Shown piece after piece: positions 34,701 through 44,487 of a stretch of DNA of 55,863 nucleotides. The notes under the pieces were generated by a model. That model did no database searches. It saw nothing but the letters and a program-made list of their open reading frames with translations, and was not told the DNA's origin. Every line of letters starts with the position of its first letter. Within the stretch, counting starts at the first letter, position 1. Location: positions 1-55,863 of IMG/VR virus record IMGVR_UViG_3300048850_000049; one strand, 5' to 3'. A program made the translations under genes and the position numbers. Origin of the DNA: a virus. Taxonomy: Duplodnaviria > Heunggongvirae > Uroviricota > Caudoviricetes.

Positions 34701-36439
34701 AACTCTTCGATGAGAAGATGCAGGACCAGATGGCTATGCGCCTGCTCAACCGTCGCCAGGGCCAGGGCCTCGAGGGTATGCGCAACGAATGGACTTCGCT
34801 GCGCAACGTGCCGGACGATGTGCTTCAGCGTGCCCTGAATAGCGCAGGCAATGGACCGACTGTCGAGCGTGCTGCCGGCTATCAGAACCCGATGACCAAT
34901 GCACCGGCACTTGCCGGCTCACTGGCACCTATTCCTCAGTATCAGCCGACGATCATCGACAACCAGATCGAGAAGACCGCGGAGCTGCGCAAGGAACTCG
35001 AGGAAACCAGCAAGCGCTACCAGGATCTTGGCAAGCGCACCAGCGACCAGGATCTCGCAGAATGGATCACCAAGACCGGCACTGAAACGAAGGAGCTCGG
35101 CAAGGACGCCGACGACACCGGCAAGCGTTACAACGCACTGGTCAAGGCCATCGCTTCCGGCAAGTTCGACAAGGCCGGCAACCCGGAAGACCGTAACCCT
35201 GAAGCTGCGCGCTTCAAGGACGCGATCGCCGCTGCCAAGGAATATGACCGCGTCGAAAAGGCCGTAAACGAGAACAAGAAGCTTCGCGGCCAGACCGATA
35301 AGGATCTGGAGAAGTTCGAAGAGCGGCGCCTGGAACTCAATCGCCGTATCGCCGAACAGCAGAAGCTTGCGGCAAATCCTGACTACAAGCCCGACAGCCA
35401 GGAGCTTCAGCGCCTGACGACGGATCTCGACGATTATGCGCAGAAGATGCTGGAGCTTTCGGGCGGCGACAAGAGCGCTACGGCCTACAAGCAGGCGCTC
35501 GATCTTCGCTCAAATCTCCTGCGTAACCAGAACCATCTTGAACTGACCGAACAGCAGGCAAAGCTCGCCAAGGAAACGCGCTCTAACGAAGACGCTCTGC
35601 TTACCCAGACGCAGCTCCGTCAGCGCGAGATGGCCCGTCAGCTTCAGATCGTCGACGAGTGGGTCGAGAAGGCCCGCAAGTCCGGCATGGACGAGGTTCA
35701 GATCACCGAGACCGCAGAAGCGTCGAAGGCCGCTATCCGGGCAAAGTATGCCCAGGAAATGTCGCCGATGCAGAAGCAGTTCAAGGAGTGGGGCGACCTG
35801 CAGGGCAACCTCTCGCAGGCATCCGCCAAGTGGATGGACTCGCTTGCAGGCGGTGTGTCCGATCTCATCATGGGCACTGGCGATCTTCGCGGCGTCATTC
35901 AGGGCATCCTGAAGGACATGGTGAATATGGGCGTCAAGTATCTGATGTCCGGGATGATGGGTAGCAAGGGCGGCCAGCCTGCAGCAGGCAAGGGCGGAGG
36001 TGGCAAGAAGGCCGCTTCTACTGTTGCCTCGGGCGGCAAGAAGGCGATGTTCCCGACCGCCCATACGGGCGGCGTGATCGGTTCCGGCTCCCTGATCCCC
36101 AAGATGGCTCATTCTGCGATCTTCTCGGGCGCGCCGAAGTTCCACACGGGCGGCATCGTTGATGGTCTGATGCCTTCAGAAGTGCCGATCATCGCCAAGA
36201 AGGGCGAGGGTGTCTTCACGCCGGAACAGATGTCGGCAATGGGCGGCTTCCAGCAGACGCAGGCATTCCAGATCAACGCACCGATCACTGTCAATGGCTC
36301 TGCAGGCACGCCTGAACAGAACACCGACCTTGCCAGCAAGATGGCGAAGGAAATGGAGACCTCGATGCGTGGTCTCGTCGCCGACGAGCTCCGCAAGCAG
36401 ACGAAGCCCGGTAACTTTATGAACACGAGGAGCCGCTGA
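31790..36439 (+). CDS. Tape measure protein with an embedded lysozyme-like domain
   Basis: GITQAAGKGVLQMEELRQQIGE tape-measure motif; GESGGNY...ALGKYQI...FDEKMQDQMA; C-terminal FHTGG...EVPIIAKKGE. Confidence 0.93.
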   Translation: MTAIRVELELADGSFTTGILRAGQSLAQFNQQLIRTNPQLAAIAANGGNVISSMQRMDGSTKGFLSTLRDVSIVTGLVSLGMSKLSSAANGWAGDIVRVNAEMERLTFQMKAMATTSNPLKEAGDNVKYLREQAAQMPFSLKTITSGFVKLKATGTDPMGGSLNAIADGIAAFGGTDESFNRTILGITQAAGKGVLQMEELRQQIGESMPIAMQLLARSMGLTVGQLAKEISTGTVAARPALEMLYKELDRAYGGTAQRMMQSFSGQITQLHTNMTNLATSEGGRGFFDQVKSQLVDINQFLSGDMAQKMAMTFGQGLSSIVSGLRTAVVSVWEFREELTRAGVVIAGGLGIIALTRGLSSLTAALQTSALTWGIFRTNMASAWSNLALGVSGMRSLSTVAIGAQFASMGLGQAVGAVAAGISGLAPLIVGAGMAAWAAAEYFGLLSDKTNEAYEALVKYGAESKKVAQDTISAKEKQLEDRIAAMEKAATMASPGAWDSKIAETRAELAALRASAPKFVDDAAKRESQKALESFKIQLSDLTAENQRAYREDQTNRDTAYNEDLAKTAENEQSKSELRRKYEAGTLEAQKKLSSGIIDVYDNQLKALNELLVNADADGRKSIRERMDFVNELRITEFNRLKAIDEYKFGAPKTAAGGDEKKALERGDNELERLQRDIAGIKAELSGASSAMAEMQVRIENGDFGSIKEGGAEVAKLHQELLDAAGAKEALDKVMKGNQKADQDLDKLKSDLREKELELLERQQGRDLNDAEKMRLRLDNGGYDGLGTFENIQKALSGVVGAMNAQGEAANQVGTVMRQNTFGDQTVQRVDSVTSAVKRLTDQVGSLVTGMGAADFNKFGQGISSGISGGLGAGTTAIRQFSGSLLELIAKGESGGNYNATLDNGAWTGGGKNLVGMQLKDVRDLQRMMLANPGNRAKYGNGKGSSALGKYQIVGQTLEGLMKEMGLNGSELFDEKMQDQMAMRLLNRRQGQGLEGMRNEWTSLRNVPDDVLQRALNSAGNGPTVERAAGYQNPMTNAPALAGSLAPIPQYQPTIIDNQIEKTAELRKELEETSKRYQDLGKRTSDQDLAEWITKTGTETKELGKDADDTGKRYNALVKAIASGKFDKAGNPEDRNPEAARFKDAIAAAKEYDRVEKAVNENKKLRGQTDKDLEKFEERRLELNRRIAEQQKLAANPDYKPDSQELQRLTTDLDDYAQKMLELSGGDKSATAYKQALDLRSNLLRNQNHLELTEQQAKLAKETRSNEDALLTQTQLRQREMARQLQIVDEWVEKARKSGMDEVQITETAEASKAAIRAKYAQEMSPMQKQFKEWGDLQGNLSQASAKWMDSLAGGVSDLIMGTGDLRGVIQGILKDMVNMGVKYLMSGMMGSKGGQPAAGKGGGGKKAASTVASGGKKAMFPTAHTGGVIGSGSLIPKMAHSAIFSGAPKFHTGGIVDGLMPSEVPIIAKKGEGVFTPEQMSAMGGFQQTQAFQINAPITVNGSAGTPEQNTDLASKMAKEMETSMRGLVADELRKQTKPGNFMNTRSR

Positions 36440-36792
36440 TGGCACTGCCTACTTTCGAACCGCCCATCGGTCCCTCGCCGGGCACGAGCCACAAGCCGAA
36501 CGTCAATCTCTGGGAGGCTGAGTTCGGCGACGGCTATTCGCAGCCTTCTCCCAAGGGCATCAACCACATCAAGAAGACGAGTTCGCTCGCCTGGAAGGTT
36601 CTGACGACTGAGCAGATGCACGAGATCGTGGATTTCTTCGAGCGCATGGGCGGCAATCAGCCGTTTTTCTACAAGCCGTTCGGCGAGAAGAACGCAATCA
36701 AGTGGACTTGCAAGGAGTGGCAGGCGGACACCGACGAGGGCATTTGGTCAGTTTCGGCGACCTTCGTTCAGAGCTTCACTTCGGCGATATAA
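36439..36792 (+). CDS. Distal tail protein (lambda gpM-like)
   Basis: FGDGYSQ..PKGIN, FFERMGGNQPF. Confidence 0.88.
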   Translation: MALPTFEPPIGPSPGTSHKPNVNLWEAEFGDGYSQPSPKGINHIKKTSSLAWKVLTTEQMHEIVDFFERMGGNQPFFYKPFGEKNAIKWTCKEWQADTDEGIWSVSATFVQSFTSAI

Positions 36793-36811
36793 GCAATTCC
36801 TTACTTTTCCC

Positions 36812-36840
36812 TTGTATGTAAGTAAGCACTTACTTATAAT
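36812..36840 (+). promoter_or_regulatory. Sigma70 promoter with the operator in its spacer
   Basis: TTGTAT-N17-TATAAT; TAAGTAA-gcac-TTACTTA at 36819-36836. Confidence 0.85.
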
Positions 36841-36865
36841 CGGGCTTCAATTCAGAGGCCCGAAC

Positions 36866-37576
36866 TTGTCCCTTATTCAGTCTGAAGCCCAGAACCTTGC
36901 CCCTACCGGCATCATCTCGCTGTTCACCGTCGACTCCACGTCGCTGGGTGGACCGCTGATGTATTTCGTCATGGGTTCAGACAGCGACAGCCCTGTGGCT
37001 TTTGGTGGAGTCGAATATCAGCCGATCGATGTCGAGTTCAACGGCCTCGAAACGTCTGGCGCTGGCGCTCTTCCTACTCCGAAGATCCGTATCTCGAATG
37101 TCGACGGCCTGGCGCAGGCACTTGTCTCGACCTATGGCGAGCTTCTCGGCTGCACGCTCTATCGAGTTCGCACCTACAAGCGCTTCCTCGACGGCCAGCC
37201 TGATGCAGATCCCGAAGCCTTCTACGGCCCTGACATCTTCCGCTTCGAGCGTAAGACCTCGGAGAATGGCGTCTATATCGAATGGGAGCTCTCGGCATCC
37301 ATTGACCAGGAGGGCAAGCAGCTTCCCGGTCGCACGATCATCCGCAACACCTGCCTGTGGCGCTACCGCTACTTCAACAACTCGGTAGGTGGCTTCGACT
37401 ATTCGAAGGCTCAGTGTCCCTACACGGGCAGCCAGAGCTACGACATCAACGATTTGCCGGTCTCTGATCCTTCCAAGGACGTTCCTTCGCGTCGTCTCGG
37501 CTGCTGCCGTGCACGCTTCGGTGAGAAGAACCCGCTGCCTTTCGGTGGCTTCCCCGGCGTCCAGAGGGTTTCATAA
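36866..37576 (+). CDS. Tail tip protein (lambda gpL-like)
   Basis: TTG start with GAGG RBS; RVRTYKRFLDG, CLWRYR, CPY...CC..RFG..PFGGFPG. Confidence 0.88.
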   Translation: MSLIQSEAQNLAPTGIISLFTVDSTSLGGPLMYFVMGSDSDSPVAFGGVEYQPIDVEFNGLETSGAGALPTPKIRISNVDGLAQALVSTYGELLGCTLYRVRTYKRFLDGQPDADPEAFYGPDIFRFERKTSENGVYIEWELSASIDQEGKQLPGRTIIRNTCLWRYRYFNNSVGGFDYSKAQCPYTGSQSYDINDLPVSDPSKDVPSRRLGCCRARFGEKNPLPFGGFPGVQRVS

Positions 37577-38370
37577 TGACCTATCCGTTCAAGGAGGCGT
37601 TCGAGGACGCCAAGGATCATGCACGTCGCGAGTATCCGAAGGAGTCTTGCGGTCTCATCGTCAAGGGCAAGTATTACGCCTGCGAGAATATCGCTGACGA
37701 TCCGGCAAGGCATGACGAGGGCAACGTCAATTGCGGCTGCCAGCTGTGCTCTTTCGAGATTAACCCGAAGGTCTATGCGACCTATGAGATGCGCGGCCCG
37801 ATCGATGTTGTGGTGCATTCGCACCCGAACGGTCCTTACTATCCTTCGCTCGCCGACATGGAAGGCCAGGCGCTGACTGCGAAGACCTGGGCAATTCTTT
37901 GTCTCGATGAGGAACGCGCCTTCGACAAGCCCGTGATGTGGGGCGGCGATTTGCCGATCCCGCCGATCGTCGGCCGTGAGTTCATGCACGGCATCACCGA
38001 TTGCTACGCGATCATCAAGGACGCCTACGCTCTCGGCAAGGACAAGCTTGCTGAACAGGGCGTCGTCTGGCCGTTCTTGCCGATCACGCTTCCTGACTGT
38101 CCGCGTGAAGACGCCTGGTGGGAAGGTGAGCGCGATCTTTACGAGGAGAACTTCGAAAAGGCCGGTTTCATCGAAGTTACCGATCCTAAGCCTGGCGATG
38201 TCTTCCTGATGAAGATCCGCTCTTCCAAGAACAATCATGGTGGCCTGCTGGTCGGCGAGGGTTTGATCCTGCACCACCTGCCGTCACGCCTGTCTCGCCG
38301 CGAGCCTGCGGGGCTCTGGGGCCGTCAGGCGTCGAAGTGGCTGCGCTACAAGGGAGCGACCTATGCGTAA
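37576..38370 (+). CDS. Tail assembly protein (lambda gpK-like, JAB/MPN + NlpC/P60)
   Basis: YPKESCG, HSHP, SLAD; GREFMHGITDCY; PGDVFLM..NHGG..LHH. Confidence 0.9.
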   Translation: MTYPFKEAFEDAKDHARREYPKESCGLIVKGKYYACENIADDPARHDEGNVNCGCQLCSFEINPKVYATYEMRGPIDVVVHSHPNGPYYPSLADMEGQALTAKTWAILCLDEERAFDKPVMWGGDLPIPPIVGREFMHGITDCYAIIKDAYALGKDKLAEQGVVWPFLPITLPDCPREDAWWEGERDLYEENFEKAGFIEVTDPKPGDVFLMKIRSSKNNHGGLLVGEGLILHHLPSRLSRREPAGLWGRQASKWLRYKGATYA

Positions 38371-39016
38371 GGTCTATCTCTACGGCGCACTCGCTGACAC
38401 TTACGGCAAGGAATTCAGCCTCGATGTTTCGACGGCCGGCGAGGCTATTCGTGCCCTCAGCGCCAACTTTCCGAAGTTCATGAAGGATATCCGTGACGGC
38501 GCCTGGCACGTTGTTCGCGGCAAGGATATCGATAAAGGCATGTCGCTCGACAAGGACGACATCGCAGCGTTTCGCCTTGGCCGTAATGCCGATCTGCACA
38601 TTCTTCCCTACGTCGCCGGGTCCAAGCGCGGCGGGCTTCTCAAGATCATTCTCGGCGTCGTTCTGATCGGTGCCGCATTCGCCCTGACCGGCGGGGCGCT
38701 CGCAACCGGTATCGGCGCAACCGGCAGTCTGTTGGGCGGCATCACCGGCACGCAGGTCGCGCTCTTCGGCGCCGCAATGGCGCTCGCCGGCATCTCCTCG
38801 TTGCTGACGCCTGAAGAGAAGGCTGAGAAGGAAGATGGTTCCGCATCATTCACGATGGCTGGACCTGGCAGCACGTCTGACCAGGGCGCGCCTGTTCCTC
38901 TCGTCTATGGCGAAGTCATCACCGGTGGAGTGCTCATCTCGGGCGGCGTCGACATCGAACGCATCGCCGTCACCGGCAGCGGTGGCGGGTCTGTAGGGTC
39001 AGGTGGCAAGAAGTGA
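38363..39016 (+). CDS. Tail assembly protein (lambda gpI-like)
   Basis: LYGALADTYG, QGAPVPLVYGE. Confidence 0.9.
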   Translation: MRKVYLYGALADTYGKEFSLDVSTAGEAIRALSANFPKFMKDIRDGAWHVVRGKDIDKGMSLDKDDIAAFRLGRNADLHILPYVAGSKRGGLLKIILGVVLIGAAFALTGGALATGIGATGSLLGGITGTQVALFGAAMALAGISSLLTPEEKAEKEDGSASFTMAGPGSTSDQGAPVPLVYGEVITGGVLISGGVDIERIAVTGSGGGSVGSGGKK

Positions 39017-42000
39017 TTACTTTCCGTTCTCATAGCGATACCGCGATCGCAACGAACGCACTCGTCCAGGTCACTCCCGCCCGTATTCGTGGTTCGGGAG
39101 GCGGTGGAGGGAAGGGCGGCGGAAGCGGCGCGTCCAATGACAAGAACACCATGCGCTCGCGGGCTCGCTTCCGGCTGATCGAAGCCGTCTCCGAAGGTCC
39201 GATCGCGGGTCTCGTCAATGGCGAGCAGTCAATCTATTTCGACCAGACGCCGCTCAAGAACGCAGATGGCACCTATAATTTCAAGGAAGTCGTCTGGAAG
39301 GACCATAAGGGAACTGCCGATGAGGGCTACTTCAACGGTCACTCGGCTGTTGAAACGCCGGTCAGCGTTGAAACCCAGGTTCGCAAGTCCGTCGGTGACG
39401 TGCAGCGCACCATCGTTGATGAGAACGCCGATGCCGTTCGTGTCATCATGCGCGTTCCCTCGCTCGTCAAGCAGGATGACAAGGGCGGTCTGAAGGGCAC
39501 CAATCTTTCCTATGCTATCGACGTGCGCGCCTTCAACGGCTCGTGGACGACTGCGGTCACGAATGAGCTGAACAAGGAAAAGGCGCTTTCGCCCTTTCAG
39601 ATGGATCACCGCATTGATCTGCCCCAGGATGGTTCGCCCTGGGATATTCGCGTTCGCCGCATCACCGACGACTCAACCGACGACAAGCTCCAGAATGATC
39701 TGTTCTGGGAAGGCTATGTCGTTCTGGTCGAAGGCAAGTTCACCTATCCGTTCACCGCTGCCTTCGCAATGGAAGGCAACGCGGAAGAGATGGGTTCCAA
39801 CATCCCGCCGCGCAGTTACCACATCCGCGGCCTGCTCGTTCACGTCCCCTCGAATTACAATCCCCTCACGCGCGTCTATACCGGCGTCTGGGATGGCTCC
39901 TTTAAGATCGCCTGGACCAACAACCCGGCCTGGATCTTCTACGACCTTATCGTCAATGATCGCTATGGCCTCGGTGAGTTCATCACGCCCGAGATCGTCG
40001 ACAAGTGGTCGCTCTACACGATCGCCCAGTATTGCGACCAGCAGGTTAAGTCCGGCTTCCGCAATGGCGACACGGGCGCGGATATCTACGAGCCCCGCTT
40101 CACCTATAACGGCGTCATCAACACCAAGGATGAAGCCTTCTTCGTGCTTCAGACGATCACGAAGGCCTGGCGCGGCATGGCCTACTGGGCAATGGGCCAG
40201 GTTTTTGCTGCAGCCGACATGCCTGCAGATCCGGTTCGCCTGGTCTCGCCGGCAAACGTTATCGGTGGTGACTTCGAATATGCAGGAACCGCCCTTAAGG
40301 CCCGGCACTCGGTCGTCATGGTCAAGTGGAACAATCCCGACGACTTCTACCGGCCCGACACCGAGGTCGTCATTGATAGTAAGCTGCTGCACAAGAACGG
40401 CTGGCGCGAAAAGACCGTTCAGCTTCAGGGCTGCACGACGCGTGGTCTCGCGCATCGCTTCGGCAAGTGGGTCATCGACAGCGAGCAGAACGAAACCGAC
40501 ACGCTGACCTATTCGGCGTCCTGGGATCACGCAGAGGTGCGGCCCGGTGAAATCGTTGCAGTCTCGGATCCGCGTAAGGCTCAGATTCGCGCATCTGGCC
40601 GCATCGTCTCCCATCATGGCCTTCAGTTGGAGCTCGATTCCGACTTCGAATGGAATGAAGGGGAAACCTATCAGCTGATGCTGACCCTGCCTTCCGGCGA
40701 GATCGAGACCAAGCCGATCCTGGCGTTCCTCGACGATCGCACGGTGCGCGTGTCCTCAGCCTTCTCCAATGAAGCCCAGCCCGACGCGATGTGGACCATC
40801 AAGGGATCGGATATTGCGCCGCGCCTTTACCGCGTTCTCAATGTCGAGGAGAGCGAGCCCAACATCTTCAAGATCACGGCGCTGTTCCATGATCCCTCGA
40901 AGTATGCCCGCGTCGAAGAAGGTATCGTCTTCACGCCGCTTCCCTATGACCGTCCTTCCAAGCTTGTTTCCCCGCCGACGAACCTTCTCGTCAAGGAAAC
41001 CGGCTTTATTACCAACGGCAAGGAATACCATTCCCTGACGCTCTCCTGGACTGCACCGCAGAACCAGCTGGTGCGCGGCTTCATCGTGTCGGTCGATACG
41101 CCTGAAGATGGCTCTTTCTCGCTTGGATCAACTGACGCTGCGTTTTTCGAGACGCCGAACACCACGTCCGGCACCTACAAGTTCTATGTTCAGACGATCG
41201 GCTACACCGGCGCGATCTCCGAAGCGGCCACGATCGAGTTCGAAGCTGTGGGCGCAGAAGGTTATGCTCGCCCGACCGTTACCAATCTCGAGCTTGTCGA
41301 CAGGCCGGAAAGCCTTGAGTTCACTGGCCGCGACCTCAAGTTCCGCTGGAAGAACAATTTCGCCCTGACTAAGGACGGCCCGCTCGATAGCGAGTCCTCT
41401 CCGCATTACGTCTTCAATTCGGTCAAGCTCTATCACGGCGGAACCGGAGAACTTCTGCGCACCGAGCGCGTCGTCGGCTCCGGCTATGTCTATGATATCG
41501 GCTCGAACCGCGCTGATTGCGCAAGGCTCGGTCATGCCACGCCGACGCGCGTGGTCCGCGTCGACGTTACGGTCTCTGACGTGTTCGGGCGCACTTCGGA
41601 TGCGGTGAGCCGCGTCTTCTCCAATCCCGTGCCTGCGCCGGTGGTGCCTTCCTACAACGTCGTCGGTTCGACCATCTTCTTCAGCTACGAGATCCCGGCC
41701 GATCCCGATCTGGCAGGTGTCCTCATCTGGCGCGAGCTTAATCCTGAAATCGATGTCGATACGATGCTGCCGTTCTACGACGGTCTCGACAATATGCTCA
41801 CCATCCCTGGCGAGCCCGAGACGGTCTACTTCTTCAAGATGGCTGCCTATGACAGCTTCGGCAAGGAAGGTCTGAACTACGGTCCCGAATTCTTCATCAC
41901 CACGCTGAGTGACGGTGCCGACTCGGAGCCGCCTGCTACGCCGACTGGTCTCGACGTTACGTCCGAGATCGGCATCGACGGCCGTGCCCGCGTCACCGCC

Positions 42001-43743
42001 ATCTGGAATGCGAATACTGAAGAAGACCTGGCCGGTTACGATCTCGAGATCAAGCAGGCGAGCGGCAACTTCGTATCTTATCCGACTGCCAATAATGTAT
42101 TCGAATTCGATAGTCTTCCTGGCCTCGTCTACAGCTTTCGGCTGCGCGCACGCGACAAGAACGCCAATGCGTCGCCGACGACGAATGTCCTGATCCATAC
42201 GGTCGCAAAGGACATCGTTCCCCCGGCCGCTCCGACGGCTTTGACCATCTCGACCGGTCTGACCGCGTTCTGGCTTTCCTGGATCAACCCGGCTGATCTT
42301 GACCTCGATCATATCGAGATCCTCGAGGGCGTCACGAACGTCTCGGCTGACGCTACGGTCATCGGCACGTCTGCTGGAACGTCCTTTGCGCGCACTGGCC
42401 TTGAGAGCAACGCACAGCGCTTCTACTGGGTTCGAGCAGTCGATACGTCAGGCAACACGTCGGCGCTCTCCCTGATCGCTCAGGGCACGACTGCAACGCT
42501 TCCTGACGCTAAGCGCATTTCAATCTCTGGCCTCGTGCTTACGCCGAACTCCCCGAGCGCTAACAAGGTCGCGTGGGGCGCTTTCAGCATTACCTATGGC
42601 GTGCCGGGCGGCGTTCCGACCACGAAGTCGATTGAAGCGAGCAACGTTACCTGGACGGTTGGATCGCTCTATCTCTACTACGTCGAAGGCGAGACGATTC
42701 TTCGCTCGACGGCCGATGTCGCGACCATCTTCACGCAGTCCGGCCACCCGATCGGCGTCTACCGCGGGGGAACTGATATTCAGTTGACCGACGGCAAGAC
42801 CATGATCGACGGCAACAACGTTATCACCGGCACGATTGGCGCCCAGCAGCTCGTGGTTAATGATGCGATCATCACCAACAGCTTGCAGCTGAAGGATGCC
42901 GTTATTACCTCGGCGAAGATTGAGAACCTCTCGGCCGACAAGCTCACTGCCGATACGACGATCTCCAACACGATCATCGTCGGGGGAGGCGATACGCTTG
43001 CAACGATCCGCGATCGCGCCGCTGACCCGGCCTCGCGCGTCAACGAGGGCGCAACGCTTATCGAGCCTGGTAAGATCCTGATCGCTGGCGAAACCTCGCT
43101 TGAGAGCTGGCGCGCGGGCGCTGATCTGACCGAAATTAACGGTGGCTCTGTTGCGGCCAACACGCTGAAGGCAAATTCGGCCGTGATCGGTATGCGCGGC
43201 ATCACGATCGACGGCATCACTTTCGAGCATAACAGCCCGTCCGCTAACCGTGTCTCCTGGACGGCGGGCACGATCGCTTACACTGACGATGCAGGCGCAA
43301 GCGTCACCCGTGCGATCACCGCTTCGAATGCGCTGTGGTCAGCTGGCACGCTCTATCTTTACTGGGTCAAGGGCGCGACGACGATTTCGACTTCGACTGA
43401 CTTTGCAACGGCCAATGACGACAACAACGTTGTCCTTGGCTGCTACAAGGGCGGCATCTTCCTGTTCGCCTCTTATGGTCGCACGGTTATTGACGGTGGG
43501 CAGATCAAGACGCAGAGCATCACGGCCAATCAGATGACGGTTGGTTCGGTAACGGCTCAGACGATCAGCGTAACTTCGCTTGCTGCAATCAGTGCAAATC
43601 TTGGCGCCGTCACTGCAGGTTCGCTCAACATCAATAACCGTTTCATCGTGGATAGCGCAGGCAACCTGACCGTTCGTTCTGCAACGACTGGCGCACGCCT
43701 CGAAATCACCAGCACGTATATCCTCATGGTGGATGCCACCTGA
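39013..43743 (+). CDS. Central tail fibre / tip attachment protein (lambda gpJ-like) with FN3 domains
   Basis: SEGPIAGL, WTNNPAWIFYDL, DKWSLYTIAQYCD, RPGEIVAVSD; PATPTGL and PAAPTAL FN3 starts. Confidence 0.95.
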   Translation: MITFRSHSDTAIATNALVQVTPARIRGSGGGGGKGGGSGASNDKNTMRSRARFRLIEAVSEGPIAGLVNGEQSIYFDQTPLKNADGTYNFKEVVWKDHKGTADEGYFNGHSAVETPVSVETQVRKSVGDVQRTIVDENADAVRVIMRVPSLVKQDDKGGLKGTNLSYAIDVRAFNGSWTTAVTNELNKEKALSPFQMDHRIDLPQDGSPWDIRVRRITDDSTDDKLQNDLFWEGYVVLVEGKFTYPFTAAFAMEGNAEEMGSNIPPRSYHIRGLLVHVPSNYNPLTRVYTGVWDGSFKIAWTNNPAWIFYDLIVNDRYGLGEFITPEIVDKWSLYTIAQYCDQQVKSGFRNGDTGADIYEPRFTYNGVINTKDEAFFVLQTITKAWRGMAYWAMGQVFAAADMPADPVRLVSPANVIGGDFEYAGTALKARHSVVMVKWNNPDDFYRPDTEVVIDSKLLHKNGWREKTVQLQGCTTRGLAHRFGKWVIDSEQNETDTLTYSASWDHAEVRPGEIVAVSDPRKAQIRASGRIVSHHGLQLELDSDFEWNEGETYQLMLTLPSGEIETKPILAFLDDRTVRVSSAFSNEAQPDAMWTIKGSDIAPRLYRVLNVEESEPNIFKITALFHDPSKYARVEEGIVFTPLPYDRPSKLVSPPTNLLVKETGFITNGKEYHSLTLSWTAPQNQLVRGFIVSVDTPEDGSFSLGSTDAAFFETPNTTSGTYKFYVQTIGYTGAISEAATIEFEAVGAEGYARPTVTNLELVDRPESLEFTGRDLKFRWKNNFALTKDGPLDSESSPHYVFNSVKLYHGGTGELLRTERVVGSGYVYDIGSNRADCARLGHATPTRVVRVDVTVSDVFGRTSDAVSRVFSNPVPAPVVPSYNVVGSTIFFSYEIPADPDLAGVLIWRELNPEIDVDTMLPFYDGLDNMLTIPGEPETVYFFKMAAYDSFGKEGLNYGPEFFITTLSDGADSEPPATPTGLDVTSEIGIDGRARVTAIWNANTEEDLAGYDLEIKQASGNFVSYPTANNVFEFDSLPGLVYSFRLRARDKNANASPTTNVLIHTVAKDIVPPAAPTALTISTGLTAFWLSWINPADLDLDHIEILEGVTNVSADATVIGTSAGTSFARTGLESNAQRFYWVRAVDTSGNTSALSLIAQGTTATLPDAKRISISGLVLTPNSPSANKVAWGAFSITYGVPGGVPTTKSIEASNVTWTVGSLYLYYVEGETILRSTADVATIFTQSGHPIGVYRGGTDIQLTDGKTMIDGNNVITGTIGAQQLVVNDAIITNSLQLKDAVITSAKIENLSADKLTADTTISNTIIVGGGDTLATIRDRAADPASRVNEGATLIEPGKILIAGETSLESWRAGADLTEINGGSVAANTLKANSAVIGMRGITIDGITFEHNSPSANRVSWTAGTIAYTDDAGASVTRAITASNALWSAGTLYLYWVKGATTISTSTDFATANDDNNVVLGCYKGGIFLFASYGRTVIDGGQIKTQSITANQMTVGSVTAQTISVTSLAAISANLGAVTAGSLNINNRFIVDSAGNLTVRSATTGARLEITSTYILMVDAT

Positions 43744-44117
43744 TGACCAATCGCGTGTTTATGGGTGTCTTTCAGGGCGACATGCGGCTTCGTATCTCGA
43801 AGCCTGGCTTTGACGTGATGAATGCCGGTCTGACCGCCGAACAGCTTGCTTTTGATAGTGCATGGGGCCGTCTTGGCAAGGTTTGGATGAAGGGCGCTGT
43901 CACTCTGAGCAGCAACCAGTCGATCGTCATTCCATTCGGCCGCACCTTCACCGCAGCCCCCATGATCGTGGTCTTCTCAGATGTGCGCTGGGTCTACAAT
44001 ACTCCCGGCTACAAGAGCGTTCCTGCAACCCAGATCTCATCATCTGCGACCTCGATGACGCTTTCTCTCCCGGTGACGAACACCACGACCTACTATTATT
44101 TCGTGCTGGAGAGCTGA
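43743..44117 (+). CDS. Small tail-tip-associated protein, paralog 1
   Basis: NR...RISKPGFDV..A....LAFDS. Confidence 0.75.
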   Translation: MTNRVFMGVFQGDMRLRISKPGFDVMNAGLTAEQLAFDSAWGRLGKVWMKGAVTLSSNQSIVIPFGRTFTAAPMIVVFSDVRWVYNTPGYKSVPATQISSSATSMTLSLPVTNTTTYYYFVLES

Positions 44118-44118
44118 C

Positions 44119-44484
44119 ATGGCGAACCGCGTAATTCTCGGTAATCCTGGTGCCGGCTTCCTTTTCAAGATTTCACGTCCCGGCTTTGATGTCCTGACCG
44201 CCGGCAATGACAATCTCATGTTCGACGGCATCAACCCCCTAATGCAGCTCGTGCAGAAGGGAATTGCGACCGTTCCTGTCGGTGGTGAAAATACCTGGAC
44301 CTACGTGGACGTTGCGATTGCCGATCAGGGTTTCTTTCCCCTCGTTCTCATTTTCGCCGGGCTCACGAACGCGGCAAGTATTGAATACCTTTCGAATGCG
44401 GTCATCAGGCTTGGCGCCGTCCACACGGTAGGTGCGTCGACCATCCCGGTTCATTACCTCGTCACCAATCAGAGGTTTGGCTGA
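44119..44484 (+). CDS. Small tail-tip-associated protein, paralog 2
   Basis: NR...KISRPGFDVLTA..NLMFDG. Confidence 0.75.
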   Translation: MANRVILGNPGAGFLFKISRPGFDVLTAGNDNLMFDGINPLMQLVQKGIATVPVGGENTWTYVDVAIADQGFFPLVLIFAGLTNAASIEYLSNAVIRLGAVHTVGASTIPVHYLVTNQRFG

Positions 44485-44487
44485 AAA

